A DNA stretch of 36,896 bases, taken from positions 1 to 36,896 of the IMG/VR virus record IMGVR_UViG_3300012352_000720; one strand, written 5' to 3'. Below the pieces are notes generated by a model. It saw only the letters and a program-made list of their open reading frames with translations. It was not told where the DNA came from and ran no database searches. This document shows positions 7,081-17,177 of this stretch, piece after piece. Position numbers and translations under genes: made by a program. Every line of letters begins with the position of its first letter. The first letter of the stretch is position 1. This stretch comes from a virus (Duplodnaviria; Caudoviricetes).

Positions 7081-7425
7081 ATGGCAGCGCAAAAGAATTT
7101 TGAAGTAGATCAAAATACCACATTTACGTTTGAGGTTCAATACTTAGACGAAGATTCAAATCCCATTCAATTAAATTTTCATCAAGCAAAAATGCAGGTT
7201 CGTGATACTCAAGGCGGAAAGAAATTAGCTTTTACATTAACAGAAGATGATGGAATTACAATTAGTCCAACAGAAGGCAAATTGTCTATTTCAATTTCAG
7301 CCGACAGAACCAATAAAATGTTTTATCCAAAATCAGCATACGATTTAGTTTTAATAGATCCCAGCGTAAACAAGACAAGACTCCTTGAGGGATATATGAC
7401 ACTAAGTAGATCGGTGACAATTTAA
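7081..7425 (+). CDS. Virion structural protein (baseplate/BppU-N-like Ig fold)
   Basis: DQNTTF...MQVR...YDL...RLLEG pattern typical of small phage tail accessory proteins; first gene of fibre cluster. Confidence 0.6.
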   Translation: MAAQKNFEVDQNTTFTFEVQYLDEDSNPIQLNFHQAKMQVRDTQGGKKLAFTLTEDDGITISPTEGKLSISISADRTNKMFYPKSAYDLVLIDPSVNKTRLLEGYMTLSRSVTI

Positions 7426-7862
7426 TGGGAACACGTTTAGTAGTAACCGAAAATAATCCTCTAGTAGTTGTAAGAGCTTCTGGAGCACCTGGAAGAACAA
7501 TTATTAGTGGAACTGGAAATCCATCAAATTCATTGGGCGTTCCAGGCGACTTCTATTTTGACACAAATACAACAAGATTTTGGGGTCCAAAATCAATAGA
7601 CACAAACACATGGAATATTTCTAATAGCTTTATCCTTGATAAAGAGATATCGCTAACTGTGGCATGGGAGCTATCCCAAGTCACAGGACCAGTAGATGGA
7701 GTTTATTCTGTTGCTATAACACATAATTTAGGATTTAACCCAAATGTGACTGTTAAGACAAGCGCAGGAGACGTATTAGAGACTGGAATAGATTATAATA
7801 ATACAAATACAATAACACTGACAATGGCGCAACCATTTTCAGGGACAGCACATCTGTCCTAA
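7425..7862 (+). CDS. Tail fibre-associated structural protein
   Basis: GTGNPSNSLGVPGDFYFDT motif; C-terminal ITHNLG domain similar to that of the next gene; TAATG overlap. Confidence 0.6.
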   Translation: MGTRLVVTENNPLVVVRASGAPGRTIISGTGNPSNSLGVPGDFYFDTNTTRFWGPKSIDTNTWNISNSFILDKEISLTVAWELSQVTGPVDGVYSVAITHNLGFNPNVTVKTSAGDVLETGIDYNNTNTITLTMAQPFSGTAHLS

Positions 7863-7875
7863 AAGGAGATAAGAA

Positions 7876-9525
7876 ATGGCAAGAAAATATGTAGTTAGTA
7901 TTGACCTCAACAAGAATGAGTTACTCAATGCTAGAATTCAAAATCTCAGCTCTGCGCCGTCAAGCCCAGTAGCTGGTCAAATTTATTACAACACAGGCAC
8001 AAATGTGCTTTACTTTTACAATGGTTCCGAATGGACACCAGCTTCTGGTTCAACAGAGGTAATTCAAGACGTCATTGGCTCATCTGTATTAGGTGGCACA
8101 GCCTTAACAGCAACATACAATGACTCAGCTGGAACAACAACAATCGATCTTGATAACACAGCAGTAACAGCTGGAGATTATGGGTCATCAACAGCAATTC
8201 CTACATTTACAGTAGACGCACAGGGTAGATTAACTGCAGCTGGCGAACAAACAATTTCAACAGACCTAGGTCTTTCATCAGACTCTGGAACTGGAACAAT
8301 TTCATTGCTATCAGAAACATTAACGGTATCTGGTGGAGAAGGAATTGATACATCAATATCTGGCAATACAGTTACTATTGCTGCAGAAGATGCAACATCA
8401 GCAAATAAGGGTATTGCAAGCTTTGATTCAACAGACTTTACAGTATCAAGCGGAAATGTAACATTAAATTCTGAGCGTGTACAGGATATTGCAGCAGGCC
8501 TATTAAATGGCGGAACTGGAATTGATGTAACATACAATGATGGAGCTGGAACTTTAACAGTAGATATTGACTCAACTGTTGCAACACTATCAGGCTCACA
8601 AACTCTTACAAACAAGACTTTAGGATCTGGAACAGTATTAGATGCACATCTAGATGCAGATAATAATAAGGTAACAAATCTCGCAGATCCAGTTGATGCA
8701 CAAGATGCAGCGAATAAGCGTTATGTAGATTCAGCGGTAGCTGGATTAAACTGGAAGCAGTCAGTAAATCTTTTAGCAACATCAAATATTGCAGATTTAA
8801 CAGATATTACAACAGTAACTATTGATAGCCATCCAGTAGATGTAGATCAAATTGGATATAGAGTACTTCTTACTGGACAGACAACTGATTCAGAAAATGG
8901 TATTTATCAAGTAGTTGCAGCAACTGGAAGCAATATAAGCTTTACTAGAACAACAGATGCAGATGCATACACAGAGCTTGTTGGAGCTTCAGTATTCGTT
9001 GTTGAAGGAACTGTTTATGGGTCAACTTCATGGGTTCAATCAAATCACTACCTAACTGACTTTACTGGTCAAGAGTGGGTACAGTTCTCTGGACAAGGAA
9101 CATATGTTGGATCAAACTCAATTGAGCTTGATGGAAACATAATTAATGCTACTGTAAATACAGCAGCGGGTCTAGATATAGACAGCAGTGGAATTAAGGT
9201 AGTCCTTGGAGAAGGTCTTGTATTCTCTAATGGAGCTGCGACAATTAATGCTGGAACTGGTTTTGATATAGCTACTGGCTACCTTAACTTCTCTGAAGGT
9301 TATGGAGTTAGAAAGTATTCAGTTTCAATTGGAGACGGATCAGCAACATCATATACAGTAACACATAGCTTAAATACTAGAGATGTTACTGCTCGTGTAT
9401 ATGAAACAGCATCTCCATATGCAGAGGTAGAGGTTGATGTTGAGCATGCAACAGCAGATACCCTAACAATTAAATTCTCATCTGCTCCTACATCAAATCA
9501 ATATCGAGTGGTAGTAGTAGGATAA
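7876..9525 (+). CDS. Tail fibre-like structural protein
   Basis: Thr/Ser/Gly-rich; [31 protein letters not shown] repeats, [17 protein letters not shown] motifs; strong SD AAGGAG. Confidence 0.75.
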   Translation: MARKYVVSIDLNKNELLNARIQNLSSAPSSPVAGQIYYNTGTNVLYFYNGSEWTPASGSTEVIQDVIGSSVLGGTALTATYNDSAGTTTIDLDNTAVTAGDYGSSTAIPTFTVDAQGRLTAAGEQTISTDLGLSSDSGTGTISLLSETLTVSGGEGIDTSISGNTVTIAAEDATSANKGIASFDSTDFTVSSGNVTLNSERVQDIAAGLLNGGTGIDVTYNDGAGTLTVDIDSTVATLSGSQTLTNKTLGSGTVLDAHLDADNNKVTNLADPVDAQDAANKRYVDSAVAGLNWKQSVNLLATSNIADLTDITTVTIDSHPVDVDQIGYRVLLTGQTTDSENGIYQVVAATGSNISFTRTTDADAYTELVGASVFVVEGTVYGSTSWVQSNHYLTDFTGQEWVQFSGQGTYVGSNSIELDGNIINATVNTAAGLDIDSSGIKVVLGEGLVFSNGAATINAGTGFDIATGYLNFSEGYGVRKYSVSIGDGSATSYTVTHSLNTRDVTARVYETASPYAEVEVDVEHATADTLTIKFSSAPTSNQYRVVVVG

Positions 9526-9528
9526 TAG

Positions 9529-9966
9529 ATGTCTAAGAAATTCTTAACGCCTATAGTACCGCCAGCCTTGGAGTCAGATCCATCTGGTGGTACTGAGGGT
9601 GCTATTTATTTCAATTCATCAACAAATGCTCTAAAGTTTTATAATGGCACTAATTGGGTTGAGATTTCACAAGCTGGTGGAGCAACAGCTGCCAGCTCAA
9701 TTAGAACATTAAATGCAGCACCATCATCTCCAGCAGAAGGAGATGTATATTTTGATACCGTTGAAAATGTAATTAAAGCATATAACGGAGTTAGCTGGTC
9801 AGATGTCGGAGGTCCTAAAGCGTTATTGGACCACGTACATAATTACGACGGAACTGTTGGGTATATAAATTATGGTACATTTGTAGATACCTCCATTGTA
9901 TCCTATGACGCAGGAAATGCGTACTCAACACAATTTAATGATATACTTGACGGAGGTAACGCATAA
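9529..9966 (+). CDS. Tail fibre-associated protein with two internal repeats
   Basis: Two copies of P...EG.(I/V)YF......K.YNG..W; ends ILDGGNA. Confidence 0.65.
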   Translation: MSKKFLTPIVPPALESDPSGGTEGAIYFNSSTNALKFYNGTNWVEISQAGGATAASSIRTLNAAPSSPAEGDVYFDTVENVIKAYNGVSWSDVGGPKALLDHVHNYDGTVGYINYGTFVDTSIVSYDAGNAYSTQFNDILDGGNA

Positions 9967-11501
9967 TGGCAATTAGAATACAACTTAGAAGAGATACAGC
10001 CGCAAATTGGACATCGGCAAACCCAGTCCTGCTCGCAGGCGAATTAGGTATTGAAACAGATACCCTTAAGATTAAAATTGGTAATGGTAATAACTGGAAT
10101 GATATTACTAACTACTCAAATATAACACCAAGCAACCTAGACTCAACGTTAGAAGATTATCTTTTAGTCTCAGATCGTGGTGCTGCAAATGGTGTTGCTT
10201 CACTTAATTCAAGCACAAAAGTTCCAAATACACAGATTGACAGCACCTACTTTGCAACAGTTACAAGTGTCACAAGCGCAGTTAATACACTAGATGAAAC
10301 AATAACTGGCGAACTTGAAACTATTAATACTACATTAGGCGGAATTGCAACAGATATATCAGACATAAATACTGCAGCTGGAACATTGGCAAGCACAGTA
10401 TCTGGACATACAACAGATATATCAGATTTAGATTCAGCAAAAGCTCCTAAAGCTAGCCCAACATTTACTGGAGATGTAGTTCTTCCATCAACAACCACAA
10501 TTGGAGATGTTTCATCAACTGAGCTTTCTTATGTAAATGGAGTTACTTCTGGAATCCAGTCTCAAATAGATTCAAAGGCTTCCTCTACAGCTCTTTCAAG
10601 TCACGCTAGTGATACAACAGATATTCACGGAATTGCTGATACATCTGCATTAGCGACAAAAACATATGCAGACGATGCAGTTTCAACACATAATTTAGAT
10701 ACAACTTCTGTTCATGGAATTGACGATACAGCAGAGCTAGCTACTAAGACATATGCAAATAATGCAGTGTCTACACACAGTTCAGATACAACTTCAGTTC
10801 ACGGAATTGCTGATACATCCGTTCTTCTTACAACTGCTGGAGGAACTGTAGATGCTTTAACAATTACTGGAAACTTAACTGTTAATGGAACAACAACTAC
10901 AGTCGATACTGCAAACCTTGAAGTTACAGACTCACTTATTTACCTTGCGTCAGAGCAGTTTGATACAGATGCCCTAGACATCGGTATTTTCGGTGCATAT
11001 GGTGATGTGCAGACTGGACATTTTCACACAGGTGTTGTTCGTGATGCATCAGATGGAAAATGGAAATTAGTTTCAAATGCACCAGAGCCAGTAGATAATG
11101 CAATTGATTTTTCTGGAGTAACATACGATACCATAAAGGTAGGCGGAGTCGAATTTTCTGATGGAGCTCAGACAAAAGAAGGTGTTCCATCAAGAACTCC
11201 TATTATTAATAAAACATCATCATATACACTTTCAAATCTAACTGAAAGAGATTCTATGATCGAGGTCGCTTCTTCATCTGGAACTACAATTACAATTCCA
11301 ACAAATTCAGCGGTAGCCTTCCCAATCGGAGCCTCAATTGATATTTGCCAGACATCTACTGGCCAGGTAACAATTGCTGGAGATACTGGAGTAACAGTAA
11401 ATTCAACCCCAGGACTAAAGCTTAGAACCCAGTGGTCAACAGCTACATTATTTAAGCGTGATACAAATACATGGCTTGTTTATGGCGATCTGACAGCATA
11501 A
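9966..11501 (+). CDS. Tail fibre protein (Mtd-N-like N-terminus, 29-aa His repeats, C-terminal 'GDL' domain)
   Basis: IQLRRDTAANWTSANPVLLAGELGIETDT (Mtd-N/hyaluronidase-N-like); NGVASL; C-terminal TPGLKLRTQWS...WLVYGDLTA. Confidence 0.75.
   Translation: MAIRIQLRRDTAANWTSANPVLLAGELGIETDTLKIKIGNGNNWNDITNYSNITPSNLDSTLEDYLLVSDRGAANGVASLNSSTKVPNTQIDSTYFATVTSVTSAVNTLDETITGELETINTTLGGIATDISDINTAAGTLASTVSGHTTDISDLDSAKAPKASPTFTGDVVLPSTTTIGDVSSTELSYVNGVTSGIQSQIDSKASSTALSSHASDTTDIHGIADTSALATKTYADDAVSTHNLDTTSVHGIDDTAELATKTYANNAVSTHSSDTTSVHGIADTSVLLTTAGGTVDALTITGNLTVNGTTTTVDTANLEVTDSLIYLASEQFDTDALDIGIFGAYGDVQTGHFHTGVVRDASDGKWKLVSNAPEPVDNAIDFSGVTYDTIKVGGVEFSDGAQTKEGVPSRTPIINKTSSYTLSNLTERDSMIEVASSSGTTITIPTNSAVAFPIGASIDICQTSTGQVTIAGDTGVTVNSTPGLKLRTQWSTATLFKRDTNTWLVYGDLTA
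10602..10830 (+). repeat. Three 87-bp (29-aa) coding repeats H..DTT.(V/I)HGI.DT..L
   Basis: His codons at 10602, 10689, 10776, spaced exactly 87 nt. Confidence 0.85.
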
Positions 11502-11540
11502 ATAAATATAGTATAATAAAAATAGCAGATAGGGAAAAAT

Positions 11541-12809
11541 ATGAGCAAAAGAGCAGGTAGACACTCGTCTCAATCCAATGACTTTTTAGAGCCATCGGAA
11601 GTAACTGACTTATCTGCTTCAGATGTTGGAACAAATAGACCATATTTAGGGACAGCAAATACCACATCAGCTGCTTCAGCAGCTGGAACTGGCGCAGCTG
11701 CATCAATAACATGGAATTTGCCATCAACTTCACCTGCTGCTACTTCATATACAATTACAACTACCCCATCAACATATACAGTTCAAACTGGATCAAGTTC
11801 AACATCATATACTTTTCAAGGTCTAGCTTCAAATACATCATATACATTTACAGTAGTGGCAACTAATGCTTCTGGTTCTTCAGACGCAGTAACATCTTCA
11901 TCTGTTACACTAACAACAGTTCCAGCTATCATGTCAGCCCCCACAGCTACATCACCAAATGCTAATCAAGATGTAGTCTCTTGGACAGCTCCAGCAACTG
12001 GCGGAAAAGCAATTAGCGGATATACAATTAAATCTTCTGACGGTCCTACTTCTTCAGCAGATGCTTCAGCTACATCAAGAACAATTGATGAGACAGCTGG
12101 AACTTCGCAGACATATCAAATATTTGCAACAAACGGAAATGGAAATGCAGCATATTCAAGTAGCTCAAATAGCATTACTACAACATCGCCATTCTTTCCA
12201 CCATTCTTCCCACCGTACTTTCCATACTTTCCATACTTCCCACCGTATTTCCCACCATACTTCCCATACTTCCCATACTTCCCATACTTCCCACCTTCAT
12301 TCCCATACTTCCCACCTTCATTCGGGCCGTACTTCCCAGGATTTAAGGGTCCAAAGTGTATTGACGGAGAAACTAGAATCTTAACAGCTGATCGTGGATA
12401 TGTTCCAGCTAAGCTTATTGAGGTTGGAGATAAGGTTCTTACAATTGATCCAGCTGGTTTACCTGGAGAGAATATCTTAGATACACCAGTTAGCTTAGAT
12501 GTTAATTTAATCGAGCTCGAGGTAGTGTCAGTAGAAAAGGATATTAAGAACGTATTATCATTTAATAATACAGAAATATTCTACTCTGGAGCTCAGCCAA
12601 TTATTTTAAATGTAGACGATAAGTTTGTAAATGTCTTTGCTAGTGACATTGTTATAGGAGATAAGATTATTACTATAAACGTAGAAGATAAAACTTTATC
12701 TCACATGGTAGTAGAATCAATTCAGATTGATGAAAATAGAGATGTTTATGACATCAGAACTACTCCTTATCAGTGGTACATCGCAGAAAATAATATCGTT
12801 ATCTCTTAA
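11541..12809 (+). CDS. Two FN3 domains + Pro/Tyr/Phe repeat + C-terminal Hint domain protein
   Basis: FN3 motifs (ITW..P, GLASNTSYTFTVVATN; VSWTAPATGG..ISGY); PPFFPPYFPYF repeats; Hint from Cys273 (CIDGETRILT...IEVGDKV...VYDI). Confidence 0.82.
   Translation: MSKRAGRHSSQSNDFLEPSEVTDLSASDVGTNRPYLGTANTTSAASAAGTGAAASITWNLPSTSPAATSYTITTTPSTYTVQTGSSSTSYTFQGLASNTSYTFTVVATNASGSSDAVTSSSVTLTTVPAIMSAPTATSPNANQDVVSWTAPATGGKAISGYTIKSSDGPTSSADASATSRTIDETAGTSQTYQIFATNGNGNAAYSSSSNSITTTSPFFPPFFPPYFPYFPYFPPYFPPYFPYFPYFPYFPPSFPYFPPSFGPYFPGFKGPKCIDGETRILTADRGYVPAKLIEVGDKVLTIDPAGLPGENILDTPVSLDVNLIELEVVSVEKDIKNVLSFNNTEIFYSGAQPIILNVDDKFVNVFASDIVIGDKIITINVEDKTLSHMVVESIQIDENRDVYDIRTTPYQWYIAENNIVIS
12189..12338 (+). 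repeat. Coding low-complexity tandem repeat (PYF/PPYF)
   Basis: Includes 4 perfect CCATACTTC copies at 12255-12290. Confidence 0.9.
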
Positions 12810-12883
12810 TTTTATCAAGTAATAACGCTTGCTACTATTGTATCTTATAACTGCAAATGTTATAATAGTTGTCGGAGGCTATT

Positions 12884-13630
12884 ATGCAAAATAATCAAGA
12901 AGACTGGTTTGAAAAAGATAGAACAGAGTCCACATCTGTTAGAATGCCAGATAAAGATTTTAATGGTATTAGGGTTTCTAACCCAGGATTTGGCTTGAAT
13001 GTATATCACCATGCTTTTTCAAAAGATCAAATAGACAGATATATTTCTGTATTAAATCGCAGCCTAGGTAATAATGGTCCATTTGTATGGAATGAAGCTA
13101 AGGTTACAAATGATAATGTGCCAATTAAAAAGGCGAGGGACTGCGTAGACTTTAAGATGAACTTTAAGTCGCTTGGTCCAAAAAATCAATTAAATGCTGA
13201 GCTTCATGAAATTTATGAAGAGATATTCGACGGATTGAGAAAGTGTGTAGATGATTATGCACGATACTGGGGAATTAATGTAAACTTCTATGAGATATTT
13301 AACTTTGTTAAGTATGAAGGAGAAGGAAAGCACTTTAGGATCCATGCTGATGATGGACCTATGTATAAGTGTGCAGTTTCTGCAGTTATTTATTTAAACG
13401 ATGATTATGAAGGTGGAGAGATATACTTCCCAAGACTAGACAAGACAACTGTTAAGCCAGGATACGGAGATATAGCAGTATTCCCTTCAAACTATGCATA
13501 CGAACATGCATCGCTTCCAATTAAATCTGGAACAAAGTATTGTGTAGTCGTTATGATGGATATTAACGACTTAGCTCACAAAGATAACGCATATGGCGTT
13601 AGAATAAATCAGAACGGACAGGTATCGTAA
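12884..13630 (+). CDS. 2OG-Fe(II) oxygenase, prolyl-4-hydroxylase-like
   Basis: HAD...YLNDDYEGGE...HAS...KY; GGAGG before ATG 12884, TGT-TATAAT upstream. Confidence 0.9.
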   Translation: MQNNQEDWFEKDRTESTSVRMPDKDFNGIRVSNPGFGLNVYHHAFSKDQIDRYISVLNRSLGNNGPFVWNEAKVTNDNVPIKKARDCVDFKMNFKSLGPKNQLNAELHEIYEEIFDGLRKCVDDYARYWGINVNFYEIFNFVKYEGEGKHFRIHADDGPMYKCAVSAVIYLNDDYEGGEIYFPRLDKTTVKPGYGDIAVFPSNYAYEHASLPIKSGTKYCVVVMMDINDLAHKDNAYGVRINQNGQVS

Positions 13631-14313
13631 TGGATATTAATACTGAAAATAATAATGATGTCAATGTTACATGGAGTAGCAAAGAAGAAGTTGCTCCAGG
13701 TATCTGGGTTTATCATGACGTACTTAAGAAGGATTTAGATATTATCAATAGGATAGAGAATGTCCTTGGCGATACAGCAAATCAATATAAGTGGGAAGAG
13801 GCTTTTGTTGGATATAGACAAAGAATGCCAGAGTATAGAGATTGCGTAGACTTTAAATATAAGAAGACTGATATCGCTCAAGATCCATCAGAAGCATCAC
13901 TTAAGCTTCAAGACATTTGGCAAGACTGCTACGATGCCCAGTATGCAGCAGTACAAGATTATTCAAAGATGTATCGCATCAACAATTTAAGATATTGGGA
14001 AGCTTTTAACTTTGTTAGATATGGCGAAGGCCAACACTTCATGGAGCATCATGACCATGGGTACTCTTATAACTGTACTCTTTCATTGGTATCTTATCTA
14101 AATGACGACTATGAAGGTGGAGAAATTTTCTTCAGACTTCAGGGCCTAGACTACAAGCCAAAGGCTGGAGATACAGTATTATTCCCATCTAACTTTATGT
14201 ATCCGCATACAGCAAAGGTTGTAACAAAGGGAATTAAGTATTCATTAGTAACAATGCTTGACTATAGTGACAAGTATCACAAGCCAGAGTTTTATAGAGA
14301 AACTGGATCATAA
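13630..14313 (+). CDS. 2OG-Fe(II) oxygenase, prolyl-4-hydroxylase-like
   Basis: HHD...YLNDDYEGGE...HTA...KY; TAATG coupling. Confidence 0.9.
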   Translation: MDINTENNNDVNVTWSSKEEVAPGIWVYHDVLKKDLDIINRIENVLGDTANQYKWEEAFVGYRQRMPEYRDCVDFKYKKTDIAQDPSEASLKLQDIWQDCYDAQYAAVQDYSKMYRINNLRYWEAFNFVRYGEGQHFMEHHDHGYSYNCTLSLVSYLNDDYEGGEIFFRLQGLDYKPKAGDTVLFPSNFMYPHTAKVVTKGIKYSLVTMLDYSDKYHKPEFYRETGS

Positions 14314-15026
14314 TGTCGATACTTAAGGTATACAAAAGACATGACGATGCCTTAATTATAAATTCATTACCAGTTCAAAGAGACTGGATGGATGAGACTC
14401 CAAATAAGCATGCGTATAGATGCTATCCAGTTACAACTGCAAACACAGTTGGATGGACTTTATCTGCTCCATACGACATAAGCTTTACATGGGATGGCAT
14501 TAATGATACTAGTGGGGATCATATAGAGGTAATAGAAGGATCTGAGAATACTTATACTGGTAGAGGCCAGTCAAGCCTAAGCATTAATAGTGGTGTTGTT
14601 ATTACATCAGAAAAAGATATTAGTGTTTTAACAATTACACCTCAAAATTATTTTTATAAAGACTTTGAAGTAATATCCTCTCTGATCAGCACTTCTTTTT
14701 TAGACAAAGAATTCCCATTAGCGATAAAGGCTTTAACTCCAAATAAGGTTATTACAATTAAAGCTGGAGAGCCAATAGCTACAATAATACCAGTATCATT
14801 AACAAGGTTAAAAGATGAGTCAGTAGAGATACTAGATTTTATTGAGAGCGATGAATATAATGATAGAATAAGATCTTATGGTGATGCAGCTCAAGCTATT
14901 AATAAAACTGGAGAATGGACAGACTGGTATAGAGATGCTGTTAATGAAAAAGGTGAAAAGGTTGGAGAGCACGAAGTAAAAAACTTAAAGCTTAAAGTTA
15001 TAAATAATAGTAGATGGAAGAACTAA
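14313..15026 (+). CDS. DUF6065-like protein
   Basis: RDWMDET..HAYRCYPV..AN..GW...P.D..F.WDG and I.AGEPIA.IIP motifs. Confidence 0.65.
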   Translation: MSILKVYKRHDDALIINSLPVQRDWMDETPNKHAYRCYPVTTANTVGWTLSAPYDISFTWDGINDTSGDHIEVIEGSENTYTGRGQSSLSINSGVVITSEKDISVLTITPQNYFYKDFEVISSLISTSFLDKEFPLAIKALTPNKVITIKAGEPIATIIPVSLTRLKDESVEILDFIESDEYNDRIRSYGDAAQAINKTGEWTDWYRDAVNEKGEKVGEHEVKNLKLKVINNSRWKN

Positions 15027-15755
15027 TTGAATAAGATAGAGTTTATTGCTAATAGAGGCTTTTTAAGAAAAGACATAAACAGGTCTCCAATGTCGATCAT
15101 AAAGAATATGCCAAACTGGTTCAGACAAGCAGACAGATTTGCTAAAAACCCAAATACTGGAGAATTTTGGGTTGGTCCAGATAAAGGAAAGATTCCAACT
15201 TGGAAAGCTTGCCCAGCAATTTTTGATATAATGACAACTGGATATTCATATGTAACCCCATGTGACATTGAATTTTTCATTAATGATCATGGCATAATAG
15301 ATGTCAAAATACAGGATAAGTTCTTTGGCAATTTCTGCTCTCCTAGGCCTGCTATGCCACAGTTTGAGCATCCAGAGGGTTTCTATAGGGATCACTTTGC
15401 TTGGTTCCCAGAATGGGCTGTGAGGGTTCCTGAGGGGTATAGTGTGCTGTACTCTAGCCCATTTAATAGATATGACCTTCCATTTATGACCGTTTCTGGA
15501 ATTATTGATAATGACAAGGTTAATCTTCCAGGCTCAATGCCATTTTTTATTAGAAAGGGATGGACTGGGGTTATTCCAGCTGGAACACCTTATGCACAGC
15601 TTATTCCTTTTAAGAGAGAGGACTGGCAATCAGACTATGTGTATGAGTCTGATGATGTTATATTAGCTAAAAATATTGAAAACTCAAGTAAATATAGAGT
15701 TCCAGATGGAGGAGTCTATAAAAATAGCGTATGGTCAAAAAGAACATATGATTAG
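15027..15755 (+). CDS. DUF6065-like protein, second subtype
   Basis: P.WF, TWKACPAIFD.MTTGY...PCD, GIID.D, IPAGTPYAQLIPFKRE; TTG start abutting the previous stop. Confidence 0.55.
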   Translation: MNKIEFIANRGFLRKDINRSPMSIIKNMPNWFRQADRFAKNPNTGEFWVGPDKGKIPTWKACPAIFDIMTTGYSYVTPCDIEFFINDHGIIDVKIQDKFFGNFCSPRPAMPQFEHPEGFYRDHFAWFPEWAVRVPEGYSVLYSSPFNRYDLPFMTVSGIIDNDKVNLPGSMPFFIRKGWTGVIPAGTPYAQLIPFKREDWQSDYVYESDDVILAKNIENSSKYRVPDGGVYKNSVWSKRTYD

Positions 15756-15774
15756 AAAATGGTAAAATATATAT

Positions 15775-16452
15775 ATGGACAATAACTACTCAAATAATCA
15801 TTCAAATGATAGATTTTCTATAACTCCGTCAGGTTTCTTCGGTAATTCTGCTAGTAATATTCAGGCAAGAGAAGGATTCATGACAAGAGAAGAACACCAG
15901 TTTTTGCTAAATGCTGCAAAGAATATAACTCATTGGGATGTCACAGAGACTCACTATAATGAAGACGGAACGGTAATTTATGATTCAGAATACTGGAAAG
16001 ACCGTGTTGCAACTGGAAGATCTTTGGACCAGGAAGATCCAGAAATCAGTAGAGCTATATTAAGCCTTGTAGAAAGATTAAAAATAGAAGTAGATAATTT
16101 TTTCAATGTAGATGCTATCCCTACAAGTCCAGCAATTGTTAGATGGTTCCCTGGACAGTTGCAGATGCCACATGCAGATAAAGAATTACATGAAGGAGAC
16201 AATGCTGGAAAGCCTAATGATTTTCCATGGTACGACATTGCTGGACTATTTTATTTAAATGAAGACTATGAGGGTGGAGAACTATATTTCCCAAATCAAA
16301 ATATACAGTTTAAGCCAAAGCAAGGTAGCGCATACTTCTTCCCAGGAGACATGAATTACATTCATGGGGTTACAAAAATTGAATCTGGAATAAGATATGT
16401 TATTCCATTTTTCTGGACTATATTAAAGCATACTGGAGATAAGCAGCCATGA
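15775..16452 (+). CDS. 2OG-Fe(II) oxygenase, prolyl-4-hydroxylase-like
   Basis: HAD...YLNEDYEGGE...HGV...RY. Confidence 0.9.
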   Translation: MDNNYSNNHSNDRFSITPSGFFGNSASNIQAREGFMTREEHQFLLNAAKNITHWDVTETHYNEDGTVIYDSEYWKDRVATGRSLDQEDPEISRAILSLVERLKIEVDNFFNVDAIPTSPAIVRWFPGQLQMPHADKELHEGDNAGKPNDFPWYDIAGLFYLNEDYEGGELYFPNQNIQFKPKQGSAYFFPGDMNYIHGVTKIESGIRYVIPFFWTILKHTGDKQP

Positions 16453-17177
16453 TAATTGACAAGATTGATAAGTCAGCATTTATTTATTATAAAGATGAAC
16501 CTAATGATAAGGGTGTTTTAAATGTACCAGAAAATAAAATTGTCGAGATACCTAACTTTGTGACTGCAGAAGTTGCACCAAAGATGATTAAGTTTTTTGA
16601 AGAATGTGATGTTGATTGGGGAGACATTGCTTTTTACGGTTCCTCTGGAAAGGGTATTAAGGCTGACCCAGCATACCTAGAAAGCTTTGGACTTACTGGA
16701 ACATTTTTTTCAGACATTAAGGATAAATTTCAGGAAGCAGTAACAATAGTTTTTGATAGAGAAGTTCGTGCTAATACCTCTCATGCACAAAAGTGGGATG
16801 TTGGAGGCTTTGCAAGCGTTCATTCAGATAACTCAAATAACGATGGAGATCCTAACGCATTTGAGATAAATAAGTATGTTGCTATACTTTATTTAAATGA
16901 TGATTATGAAGGCGGAAATTTGTATTTTCCAGACCATGATATATCATTTAAGCCAAATGCTTATTCTTTATATACCTTTCCTGGCGGAGTGGAAAATCTT
17001 CACGGCGTTTCAGAAATAACTAAGGGCACAAGATACACTATGGTTTCTTTCTGGGATTTTGCAGATCTTGAATATGATGAAGCTACTATTGAAAGATGGA
17101 AAGAAGAAGAGCGTCAAGTAAGAATTGAGCAGGCAAAGCAAAAGGCAGAGTGGGAAAAGGGCAACAAGTATGCTTAG
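16449..17177 (+). CDS. 2OG-Fe(II) oxygenase, prolyl-4-hydroxylase-like
   Basis: HSD...YLNDDYEGG...HGV...RY; ATGA overlap. Confidence 0.9.
   Translation: MIIDKIDKSAFIYYKDEPNDKGVLNVPENKIVEIPNFVTAEVAPKMIKFFEECDVDWGDIAFYGSSGKGIKADPAYLESFGLTGTFFSDIKDKFQEAVTIVFDREVRANTSHAQKWDVGGFASVHSDNSNNDGDPNAFEINKYVAILYLNDDYEGGNLYFPDHDISFKPNAYSLYTFPGGVENLHGVSEITKGTRYTMVSFWDFADLEYDEATIERWKEEERQVRIEQAKQKAEWEKGNKYA

Noticed and set aside
9966-11501. Diversity-generating retroelement suggested by the Mtd-N-like domain
   Set aside because: No reverse transcriptase and no adenine-specific TR/VR pair; differences between the paralogous 3' ends are mostly synonymous and involve all bases
12061-12384. His/Ser/Thr-rich ORF
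   Set aside because: Shifted-frame shadow of the PYF repeat
12357-12809. Canonical mobile intein
   Set aside because: No C-terminal His-Asn, no C-extein and no endonuclease domain; treated as a terminal Hint domain instead
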